From: Candidatus Cloacimonadales bacterium
Lineage (GTDB): Bacteria; Cloacimonadota; Cloacimonadia; Cloacimonadales; JAFGVF01
Assembly (NCBI GenBank): GCA_963662585.1
Contig: OY759729.1
Span: 384,001 to 448,000 of the forward strand
Length of the DNA stretch: 64,000 nucleotides
Reading direction: 5' to 3'
Shown: positions 30,198-38,663 of the stretch, piece after piece
How positions within the stretch are numbered: position 1 is the first letter of the stretch
Layout of the letters: each line of letters starts with the position of its first letter
Program-made: the position numbers and the translations under genes
Notes under the pieces: generated by a model
The model's database searches: none
Told to the model about the DNA's origin: nothing
The model's input: only the letters and a program-made list of their open reading frames with translations

Positions 30198-30440
30198 TTA
30201 ACTCCTCTTATTTACTTTGTTTGATGTTTCCATAGCTTGAGCCAATCCCTGCCAGGTGCTTCCATCCATATTATAAATTATTGCTTTTCTTCCATTCTCA
30301 ATCTTCCTGATCTGGCACTCTTCACCAAGATGAATAAGCATAGCAGGATGATAATACCATACACCATCACATGAAATGCCATCTTCTTGCACTAAAGAGC
30401 TTTGCATGTTAAAACTACTCACCATCATAACCTTCTTCAT
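30198..30440 (-). CDS. Small protein resembling the Mu-transposase C-terminal domain
   Basis: VQEDGISCDGVWYYHPAMLIHLGEECQIR...AIIYN aligns by eye with the transposase segment VRNNGVQFGNVLYYHDNLIGMLGSKINIR...ILIYD. Confidence 0.6.
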   Translation of the reverse strand: MKKVMMVSSFNMQSSLVQEDGISCDGVWYYHPAMLIHLGEECQIRKIENGRKAIIYNMDGSTWQGLAQAMETSNKVNKRS

Positions 30441-30669
30441 GCTCTTTGACAGCTTCCTTAATCTCTTTCCAGCCTCTTATCTTCATTGTCTCAAGGTTTC
30501 GCTCTGCATCTGCTATGTCTAAACACATCATTTGATTGTGCTTGATTAGCCCTAAAAGACCATCCTTTAAGATAACGAAATCCACTATCAATATATCAGC
30601 TGAGTTATCCATTAACATATATGTTCTTAGCTTATCGCCTTTTATGAATTGTTTTACTCTTACACTCAT
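30415..30669 (-). CDS. Hypothetical early phage protein
   Basis: AGGAG RBS; overlaps the next gene. Confidence 0.55.
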   Translation of the reverse strand: MSVRVKQFIKGDKLRTYMLMDNSADILIVDFVILKDGLLGLIKHNQMMCLDIADAERNLETMKIRGWKEIKEAVKEHEEGYDGE

Positions 30670-30756
30670 CTTAAGCTCCTATTGTTTTTGTTCTTGACTA
30701 AATATCTCATCTCAAATTTATCCTTATTTAACATTAATCTATAAATAGGAGAAATT

Positions 30757-31212
30757 ATGAATCTACCTGACATTGTTAAAATTCCTCTTGCGAAGAAAGT
30801 TCTTCTAAATATCTGGCAAAAGACCTTATCCCCTTACCTTTATCTAATCGAACAGTTTGAGCATAGCCTAACTCAAGACAAGTGCGACGAATTGCGTTCA
30901 TTGAAGAACGAGGAAACAAAATTAGCCGTGCAACAATTGCTATCTTGCTCATCCATGGAAGCTTGCTCTCTAAAACAAATTTATGGAGTGGTACGCAGAG
31001 TTCTCGACGCTTTGGACCTATTAGATCGCTACAGTGATGATTATTCGTTAATTCTAATGACTGATCATCTTCTTTTTCATGATATTTTGGAGTTTCTTCT
31101 CTTAAATATTGAGTACTCTGCTCCTTCTGATCAACGCTTGTATGTCTTCCCAAGTAACCAAATACATGAGTTCTTAAAAAATGCTTTCCCTGGATATATC
31201 CGACTTGAATAA
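30757..31212 (+). CDS. Hypothetical protein antisense to the early operon (moron-like)
   Basis: AGGAG RBS 5 nt upstream of the ATG; helical globular-like composition. Confidence 0.6.
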   Translation: MNLPDIVKIPLAKKVLLNIWQKTLSPYLYLIEQFEHSLTQDKCDELRSLKNEETKLAVQQLLSCSSMEACSLKQIYGVVRRVLDALDLLDRYSDDYSLILMTDHLLFHDILEFLLLNIEYSAPSDQRLYVFPSNQIHEFLKNAFPGYIRLE

Positions 31213-31218
31213 TCTTCT

Positions 31219-31449
31219 TCATCTTACTTTCCTCTTTGATTTAGATGCTCTCTTAGTCTCTACATTACAGGTTGGTTCTGCAAAACCGACCTGTAATTTT
31301 GTTTCATTAACAACTATTACTCTTGCCCCTACAGGTTTACCATTATCAATGTAGATTATTTTACCCTCTCCATACTTCTTAATGCTAGCCATAAGGCTCT
31401 TATGTTGTTCTGCTGTCATTTCGCCCTTAATTTGAATAATATCTTTCAT
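31219..31449 (-). CDS. Hypothetical early phage protein
   Basis: AGGAG RBS; ATGA coupling. Confidence 0.55.
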   Translation of the reverse strand: MKDIIQIKGEMTAEQHKSLMASIKKYGEGKIIYIDNGKPVGARVIVVNETKLQVGFAEPTCNVETKRASKSKRKVR

Positions 31450-31817
31450 CTTACACTCCTCTTTTGTTTTTCTTCTATATCATTAAAGAACTTTACTACA
31501 TCTATCTTGTATCTATCCTGGATAAAATCAGCTAAGCTCTCTTTATCTGGATTATATCCCTGCTCTATAAATCTCTTTTCAGTAGCTTCTAAATCTGTTA
31601 TCAATATCCTGCTATCAGTAAATACTGCTAACACGTTCATGTATGATAAATTTAGAACAATCGCATATAGGAATTTATCATCGAATTGTCTTAAATAAGC
31701 TTGTAAATTTCTCCAATATGGGATTCCTTTCTTGGCTACTGTTAAACAATCAGCTAAAACTGCATTAGCTCGGAAATTGCTAAATAATTCATGTTCTTTT
31801 ATTAGTTTACTGTTCAT
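31446..31817 (-). CDS. Hypothetical early phage protein (likely start MNSKL at 31817)
   Basis: Start overlaps the recombinase stop; GAGG RBS. Confidence 0.55.
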   Translation of the reverse strand: MNSKLIKEHELFSNFRANAVLADCLTVAKKGIPYWRNLQAYLRQFDDKFLYAIVLNLSYMNVLAVFTDSRILITDLEATEKRFIEQGYNPDKESLADFIQDRYKIDVVKFFNDIEEKQKRSVR

Positions 31818-32655
31818 TTCTTGCCTCTCTTGCCTTAGCAGCTGCCATTCTCTTTTGAGCTTTCTCTCCAGGTATATGAGCAGGGCAATACTCCAGTAAA
31901 TCATGCTTCATTACAAAGTTTCTCACTGTAGATGGACTAACATCGAAGCACTCACCAATATACTTATAGGATTTGTTGTCTTTGATCATATCAATCACTC
32001 GTTTCTTATATGGTGCCAGTTTACTCTTATCGCGTTCTATCAGCGTATCATCATTTTCTATTAACCCATATTCCTTAGCATATTTGGTAACAGTGAATCG
32101 GTGCATTCTTCCACGCCTGGCTATCTCAGAAATACTAAACCCGGCTTCCAATTTCTTCTTGATATACTCTACCTTATGCTCATACTTAGGAGTACTGGTC
32201 TTTCTTCCCTTAGGTCGTCCTAATATTACACCTTCAGCTACTTTCCGAGCTAAAGCCTCTTTAGTTCTCTGGGATATGAGATTCCTCTCAATTTCAGCAG
32301 CTAAACCAAAAGCGAAAGCCAGGACCTTAGAACTGATATCATCTCCTAAACGATAATTGTCTCTAATTGTCCAAACCTTAACTCCTTTCTGCATACAGAG
32401 ATTGAGTACCTCCATTACCATGAATAATGTCCTGCCTAATCGCGATAATTCAGTGCATAATATTATATCACCTTCCTGCATCTTGTTCATTAATTTACCC
32501 AACTTGCGTTTCTTAACATCTTTGGTCCCCGATATAGTCTCCTCAAACCAACGCTCGGTTATCATATCGTTCTTCTCACAAAATTTGTTGATCTCAAACC
32601 TCTGATTCTCTACTGTTTGTTTGTCTGAACTTACTCGGATGTAACCAAATACCAT
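31807..32655 (-). CDS. Serine recombinase resembling the Mpi DNA-invertase family, with two C-terminal HTH-like segments
   Basis: GYIRVSSDKQTVENQRFEI (catalytic Ser), ELSRLGR, DNYRLGDDISSKVLAFAFGLAAEIERNLISQRTKEALA and LGRPKG. Confidence 0.92.
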   Translation of the reverse strand: MVFGYIRVSSDKQTVENQRFEINKFCEKNDMITERWFEETISGTKDVKKRKLGKLMNKMQEGDIILCTELSRLGRTLFMVMEVLNLCMQKGVKVWTIRDNYRLGDDISSKVLAFAFGLAAEIERNLISQRTKEALARKVAEGVILGRPKGRKTSTPKYEHKVEYIKKKLEAGFSISEIARRGRMHRFTVTKYAKEYGLIENDDTLIERDKSKLAPYKKRVIDMIKDNKSYKYIGECFDVSPSTVRNFVMKHDLLEYCPAHIPGEKAQKRMAAAKAREARNEQ

Positions 32656-32656
32656 C

Positions 32657-32935
32657 TTACTCTCCTCTGCTTATTGTTTCATTTATGATTTGCTCTGGGA
32701 TGATAACTCCTCCCAATCTCTTTTCCATCTCACGCTGGCCATCTATCCAAGGACCCAACAAATCTACTATTACATCTTCTACTTGCTTGTTTCTTCTACT
32801 TCCTGAGATTATTCTGTTTAAGCTATTTACTTTAATTTCAAGTCCTGTTCGCTCATTTACGTAATCTAAAAGACTATCACTACTAATACTATTAGCGGTC
32901 ATTGCTGCCCTAATTTCTCGTGCTTCAAAGTGCAT
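32657..32935 (-). CDS. Ner/Cro-like DNA-binding protein
   Basis: First early gene, divergent from the repressor; SLNRIISG HTH-like segment. Confidence 0.55.
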   Translation of the reverse strand: MHFEAREIRAAMTANSISSDSLLDYVNERTGLEIKVNSLNRIISGSRRNKQVEDVIVDLLGPWIDGQREMEKRLGGVIIPEQIINETISRGE

Positions 32936-33075
32936 ATCTTTTCTCCTTAAATTATTTTCTTCTTGACTTTTTTTTTCTTCTATGTTTCTCTGTCATCAGA
33001 TGTGCCAATAATGCGTATATACGAAATTGTGTCAAGACTTAAATACGTTTTTACGAAAATAAAGGAAATTAAAAC
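32936..33075. promoter_or_regulatory. Divergent immunity region with candidate operators
   Basis: Leftward TTGACA (33035-33030); related sites CGTATATACGAAA (33014-33026) and CGTTTTTACGAAA (33046-33058). Confidence 0.55.
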
Positions 33076-33807
33076 ATGAAATCAAGGCTGAATGAGCTAA
33101 TTAACACACTGTCTATCAAGAAAAAAGAGTTTGCAAAAGAAATAGATGTTTCTTCTGGAAATTTATCTGATTGGTTGAGTGATAAGAGAAAATCTAAGCC
33201 ATCTGCGGATGTTTTGTTTCGTATTTCCGAAAAATTTAATGTAGATATGAATTGGTTAATAACTGGAGAAGGAGAAATGTTTCTCTCCAGAGACCAGGAC
33301 CACAAACCTAATTTAGAGATCAACTCGGATAAACTTCATCATTATATAGAACTTGGCAAAGCTCAGGCAAGGCAAGAGATCACTTACAGTGATGAAGACC
33401 CTCCTGCTTATCTTTCCCTTCCTATAGTAGGAGAAATAGCAGCAGGTACTCCCATGCAAGTCTCAGAGCATGATCAAATTGGTACAATCTTAGTTTCAGC
33501 TCAAGTTATTCACCATATAAACAATTACTATTGCTTTAGAGTTAATGGATGCTCAATGCGTCCAGAGGTCCATCACCTGGATGTAGTAATTATTAATAAG
33601 ATATATAACTGGGAAGACTTAGATGATAAGATTGTTGCTGTCAGAATAGACGAAGGTATCACTCTCAAAGTCCTTAAATTAGATGATGAAAATAAGTGTA
33701 CTTGGCTTATGCCGGTAAACAATGGATATAAACCTATTCTTTTAAATAAAAATAGTACTATCGTAGTTTTAGGAGTGCTAGAGTATTTGATCAGAAGTTA
33801 TAGGTAA
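33076..33807 (+). CDS. CI/LexA-type prophage repressor (XRE HTH plus S24 peptidase)
   Basis: N-terminal HTH ending in WLITGEG; GEIAAG cleavage site, VNGCSM (Ser) and ITLK (Lys). Confidence 0.92.
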   Translation: MKSRLNELINTLSIKKKEFAKEIDVSSGNLSDWLSDKRKSKPSADVLFRISEKFNVDMNWLITGEGEMFLSRDQDHKPNLEINSDKLHHYIELGKAQARQEITYSDEDPPAYLSLPIVGEIAAGTPMQVSEHDQIGTILVSAQVIHHINNYYCFRVNGCSMRPEVHHLDVVIINKIYNWEDLDDKIVAVRIDEGITLKVLKLDDENKCTWLMPVNNGYKPILLNKNSTIVVLGVLEYLIRSYR

Positions 33808-33885
33808 TAGAATTATGCTTACACAAATTAGACAATTTACACCAGAAACGCTTTTTCATTTTAGCAAAATCACTATCATTTTTGT

Positions 33886-34376
33886 AAAACGCTTTTTCAA
33901 TGTGGCTAAATTGCTGTCACTTTTAGAAAGTGGTAAAAGTATCAATATGTGTTGTTATGAATAGGGTTCAAGTCGCTTTTTCAATGTGGCTAAATTGCTG
34001 TCACTTTTAGAAAGTGGTAAAAGTATCAATATGTGTTGTTATGAATAGGGTTCAAGTCGCTTTTTCAATGTGGCTAAATTGCTGTCACTTTTTTTCAGTA
34101 AAAACGCTTTTTCAAAACGCTTTTTCATTTTCGGGATTTTCCACCTCACCTATTTTTAAGTTCAGGCTTTTACAAGAAGCTAACAAATTTCATAACTTAC
34201 TGATAGGTAATGTTTTCAAAACTAACGCAAACTTAACAAGCTTTTACAAGCAAAACACAAGGAATTACAAATGTGGCTAAATCGTTTTTTCACTAGTGTC
34301 CACCTTACGAACCCCTCTATTACGCTGTTTTCTCAACTTCTTAACTTTTCTTACTAGTGGCTATCAAGGGTGTCAC
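33886..34376 (-). repeat. Right-end putative transposase-binding sites, three of them at an 84-bp period
   Basis: TGTGGCTAAATTGCTGTCAC at 33901, 33985 and 34069; degenerate copies at 34272 and 34357. Confidence 0.88.
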
Positions 34377-34409
34377 TTTATATCTATATCTCCCTCACCA
34401 CTATAAAGT

Positions 34410-34729
34410 GTTAGGTATATCTGCAAAAATTATTTCAGAATTTGATTCATCAGACCTAATAAATCTTCTATTTTAGGATTCTATGTTCACTATTATTTCA
34501 GTATTTGAAAATAATAATAACCATAAGGAATCTTGGAGGATTCATTTCAATGTTAAAAGATTTAGTCTCTTCAAATTCCCTAATAAGCTTTTTATTATCT
34601 GAATCATCAATGTACATACTATTTTAAAGTTAAATAGGGGTATTGTAGATTTCCTTCTTCTGAATCTTGGCAAGCATTAATTAGTATAATTAGCATATTT
34701 GCAACTATAAAATATAATATTCTTTTCAT
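34410..34729 (-). pseudogene. Possible decayed lipoprotein gene at the prophage junction
   Basis: Strong RBS and MKRILYFIVANMLIILINAC signal/lipobox, stop after 36 codons, protein-like continuation in another frame. Confidence 0.35.
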
Positions 34730-34962
34730 TTCTCCCTTCCTAGTTTTACTTTTGACTAAATTAGCTTATCCCCTTAAGTAATCATGCTGTAACTAGTTAA
34801 TAAATGTGCTAGAGACATTATCATACAACATCTCTAGAACTAACTATATATATCACCAACTCATATATATGTTAAGATTATATTACTATTTCATAAGTAA
34901 TAGTTTTAGTGTCTAGTCCTAAATAAATTGACTGATTTTTTGCAATTGTTATTTTCCCTATT

Positions 34963-35062
34963 AAACCCTTACAGGGTAATTTTTGTAGCTACTCCTTACC
35001 CAGGGTCAATTTTTCTTCTAAAAATGAGACCCTGGGCTAATCTATTTAATCCCTTCGGGATT
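34963..35062. repeat. REP-like nested palindromes
   Basis: ACCCTTACAGGGT, CCCAGGGTC...GACCCTGGG and AATCCCTTCGGGATT hairpins. Confidence 0.6.
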
Positions 35063-35185
35063 ATCATTGTTCCACAATGAGGCCGACAAAATGTCCACTA
35101 TCCGACAGAAGAGGTCTTATCACATTTTAAAAACTTTTCTTAAAAAACTATGTGAAACTCCTCTTAACCTCTGTGTAACTCTGTG

Positions 35186-35994
35186 TTAAGGGTCTTTTCT
35201 TATCCGTGTTCTTCTGTGTTATCCCTGGCTAAATATCTTCTTCTTAGGGTCTTTTCTTATCCGTGTTCTTCTGTGTTATCCGTGGCTAAATATCTTCTTC
35301 TTAGGGCCTTTTCTTATCCGTGTTCTTCTGTGTTATCCCTGGCTAAATATCTTCTTCTTAGGGCCTTTTCTTATCCGTGTTCTTCTGTGTTATCCCTGGC
35401 TAAATATCTTCTTCTTAGGGCCTTTTCTTATCCGTGTTCTTCTGTGTTATCCCTGGCTAAATATCTTCTTCTTAGGGCCTTTTCTTATCCCTGTTCTTCT
35501 GTGTTATCCCTGGCTAAATATCTTCTTCTTAGGGTCTTTTCTTATCCGTGTTCTTCTGTGTTATCCCTGGCTAAATATCTTCTTCTTAGGGCCTTTTCTT
35601 ATCCCTGTTCTTCTGTGTTATCCCTGGCTAAATATCTTCTTCTTAGGGTCTTTTCTTATCCGTGTTCTTCTGTGTTATCCCTGGCTAAATATCTTCTTCT
35701 TAGGGTCTTTTCTTATCCGTGTTCTTCTGTGTTATCCCTGGCTAAATATCTTCTTCTTAGGGTCTTTTCTTATCCGTGTTCTTCTGTGTTATCCCTGGCT
35801 AAATATCTTCTTCTTAGGGTCTTTTCTTATCCGTGTTCTTCTGTGTTATCCCTGGCTAAATATCTTCTTCTTAGGGTCTTTTCTTATCCGTGTTCTTCTG
35901 TGTTATCCCTGGCTAAATATCTTCTTCTTAGGGTCTTTTCTTATCCGTGTTCTTCTGTGTTATCCCTGGCTAAATATCTTCTTCTTAGGGCCTT
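35186..35994. repeat. Tandem array, 14 x 57 bp
   Basis: Near-identical unit TTAGGG(T/C)CTTTTCTTATCCGTGTTCTTCTGTGTTATCCCTGGCTAAATATCTTCTTC with no spacers. Confidence 0.97.
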
Positions 35995-36209
35995 TGTGTC
36001 TTTAGTGGTGAAAATCTTAACTCCTAAAACTCCTCACTCTAACCCTACCTCTTCCCAAATCATACTCCCAAGAGATTCGATTATAATTAAAAAAAATAAT
36101 TGGAAACTTTTCTAGTTGATAAACTACAAAAAAAAAGAATTGACTCATTTCTAAAGTAAGTAAATAGTTGTATATAGTTGGTAATTACACTTTCTAATAA
36201 AGGAGATTT

Positions 36210-37460
36210 ATGAAATATTATTTGTGTTTATTTCTAATATTTACTTCTTTTTTGTGTTTTTCGGTTGAGAATAAAGAGACAATTAAAAAAAAGATTGAGA
36301 AAGAAGTTATAGAAGCTGTCCAAAAAAAGAAAGAAAAGGCAACAAAGAAAAAAAAGACTAAGAAAAGCAAAAACAAGAGTAGTCAAAAAAGTTCAACAAA
36401 GAGCACTAAGAAAAGTAAAGAGACTAAATCAGAGGTCTTATTAGAAGTAATAGCAGACAGTTCGGATGCCAGTTTATCTTCAACGGATGGGGTTCAAGAT
36501 AGCACAACTAATCTTTTCTCTAATAATTTTTTTACCAGAAATAAATCCACTTATCTAATAAGAAATATGGTAATTTTTCAATCTCAATATAATTTTCAAT
36601 ATTGGAAACCAACTTTTATCGAAGGCTCAAAAGTCAATACAACAATTTTAAATTACGCAGTATTTGAATTATCCTTCTTAAAAAAACTCTATCGAATTAG
36701 ATACGAAAAGAGTTTTGGTGGAAGCTCAGATGAAGCTCAAAATGAACTTTTAAAAAAGAGAAAGAAAGATAATTGGGAGAAAATTCTTGCTGATATCAAC
36801 ATACCCACTCCAATAACAATTTATATTTCTTATATTTGTGAGAGGTTTTCAGGCACAGTAACGGCTCTAGAAGACAAAACTTATATTCCTGACCACTATG
36901 ATTCTGAAGCAGACGATATTAGTGAGTTTGAATTTCTAGTAGGAGAAGAAATTGAGTTTAACACTAACTTTCAAGATTTCCTGCTAGGGGTCAGTACTGT
37001 TGGAGATCAAGGTATGGGAGCAATGGGTATTTTTTACACTAGATACCAGAAGCCATATTCCTTAACCTTAGACGATGATCAAAATAGAAATTATATTTTT
37101 AATTCGTGCTTTGGAGGAGGAGGTTTCTTTGGTAAATTAAATATTGAGACCGAAAATGCAATTTTCTCTCTAAATGGCAAATATGGCATTGGTAGTATTC
37201 ATCTACCTGGAATTGACCTTCATATTGAAGACCTGATAGAAGATGGCTACATTACCTATGGAGATATTGAGGGAAGTACACTCTTGAGAAAGTCATCTCA
37301 GAATGGTATTTTCTCTGTTTACGCTGGATTAGGAGCTCGCTATAGAAGATTCGTGATATCCATACCCAAAGATGAAGAAGCAGGTACTGACTCTGATAGT
37401 ATTTTTCTGAACAGCGATACAATTTTTAATGTACAATGTGGGTTCTCTATTAACCTGTAA
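36210..37460 (+). CDS. Exported hypothetical protein, possible outer-membrane beta-barrel
   Basis: Signal peptide, Lys-rich linker, alternating beta-strand pattern at the C-terminus. Confidence 0.6.
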   Translation: MKYYLCLFLIFTSFLCFSVENKETIKKKIEKEVIEAVQKKKEKATKKKKTKKSKNKSSQKSSTKSTKKSKETKSEVLLEVIADSSDASLSSTDGVQDSTTNLFSNNFFTRNKSTYLIRNMVIFQSQYNFQYWKPTFIEGSKVNTTILNYAVFELSFLKKLYRIRYEKSFGGSSDEAQNELLKKRKKDNWEKILADINIPTPITIYISYICERFSGTVTALEDKTYIPDHYDSEADDISEFEFLVGEEIEFNTNFQDFLLGVSTVGDQGMGAMGIFYTRYQKPYSLTLDDDQNRNYIFNSCFGGGGFFGKLNIETENAIFSLNGKYGIGSIHLPGIDLHIEDLIEDGYITYGDIEGSTLLRKSSQNGIFSVYAGLGARYRRFVISIPKDEEAGTDSDSIFLNSDTIFNVQCGFSINL

Positions 37461-37562
37461 ATTACTTTATAAATTAACCTTATTGACATTTTTAGTGTGT
37501 TTAACAAGTTTGAAATTGATTAAAAGAACTGAAATTAAAATTGAAAAGGGAAATAATAATAA

Positions 37563-38576
37563 ATGGGAAATGAGCACCTTAAATCTAGCAACAGAACAGA
37601 TAAAGAGATAAAACTAATTAGACTATCAACCATTGGAAATTTTTCCTTTGGTTTAATAGGGATTATTTTCGCTATTCTTACCCACTCCAGATCAATACTT
37701 TTTGATGGACTCTACTCCTTTGTTCTAAGTTTCTTTACTTTAATATCTGCCCGGGTTGTAACCTTAATTACCAAAGGTCAGACTGCTAATTATCAGTTTG
37801 GTTATGGTGCCTACGAGCCATTATTAATTATTATCAGGTCTATATTTCTTTTTGGAATGTATTTAGTCTTGGGTTATGAAGCAATCACCTCCCTTCTAAA
37901 TGGAGGATATATTATTAGTACTTATTTTGCTTTGATCTATTCTGTGATAAGTACAAGTGCCTGTTTCGTAATTTGGGTAATTTTAAGGAAAACTGCTCGT
38001 CGAAATACTTCCCCAGTTTTAAAAGCTGAAGCCTATGGTTGGTTTTTAGATACTATTCTCAGTGCTGCTGTCTTTATGGCTTTTATGATTATTTATGCTT
38101 TAAACTATATGGGGGCTGTTACCTATGTTCCTTTCATTGACCCTATAATTACCTTATCTTTAGTACTTCTCATGCTACCAGCTTTATACAATATGTTTGT
38201 GGTTAACTTTAGAGATATGGTCGCTGCAGCTCCTTCTTTGGAAATACAAGAAGAACTTAGAACAATAATGGATGGTTTTCAAGAGAAATATAGCTTTGTA
38301 AATATTGAAAATTACTCAGAAAAAAGAGGAAGAAGTCTCTATTTAATCTCTCATGTCTATCTTGAAAAAGAAGTTCCTATTAAAACCTTAGATAAAATCA
38401 GAAAAGAGATGGTTAGAACTATTAAAGGCTGGTGGTTCTACTCTGATATTGATATTTTATTCACCCTAAACCCAGCCTGGATTGAGATGTCTAATATTAA
38501 TTCAGAAATTGATAGCAGAGATAAGAGAAGTGCAGATGGGGACCCCAGTAAAGCTGTAGAAAAGAGTACCTTATAA
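37563..38576 (+). CDS. Cation diffusion facilitator family transporter
   Basis: SILFDGLYS, YQFGY and DP motifs; about six TM helices plus a cytoplasmic C-terminal domain. Confidence 0.85.
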   Translation: MGNEHLKSSNRTDKEIKLIRLSTIGNFSFGLIGIIFAILTHSRSILFDGLYSFVLSFFTLISARVVTLITKGQTANYQFGYGAYEPLLIIIRSIFLFGMYLVLGYEAITSLLNGGYIISTYFALIYSVISTSACFVIWVILRKTARRNTSPVLKAEAYGWFLDTILSAAVFMAFMIIYALNYMGAVTYVPFIDPIITLSLVLLMLPALYNMFVVNFRDMVAAAPSLEIQEELRTIMDGFQEKYSFVNIENYSEKRGRSLYLISHVYLEKEVPIKTLDKIRKEMVRTIKGWWFYSDIDILFTLNPAWIEMSNINSEIDSRDKRSADGDPSKAVEKSTL

Positions 38577-38663
38577 ATCCCTTGGCTTAAATTTATTGAT
38601 TTAATGAATAAATGATTAAAGAAAAAAAATCCCCCTGAAAATCAGAGGGAGTAAGTTATTTAG

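Larger units (their letters stand above)
1..34400 (-). mobile_element. Mu-like transposable prophage; left end probably just upstream of the window, right end approximate
   Basis: DDE transposase plus AAA ATPase, divergent repressor near the right end, co-oriented head, lysis and tail genes, and inverted terminal repeats at 36-133 and 33901-34376. Confidence 0.92.

Noticed and set aside
33901..34090. CRISPR-like repeat-spacer pattern, and ORF 34014-34280
   Set aside because: The intervening sequences are identical, so it is a tandem duplication, and the motif matches the opposite phage end
35183..36115. 310-aa ORF or CRISPR array
   Set aside because: The frame is open only because the 57-bp unit is a multiple of 3 with no stop; the units have no unique spacers and no cas genes are in the window
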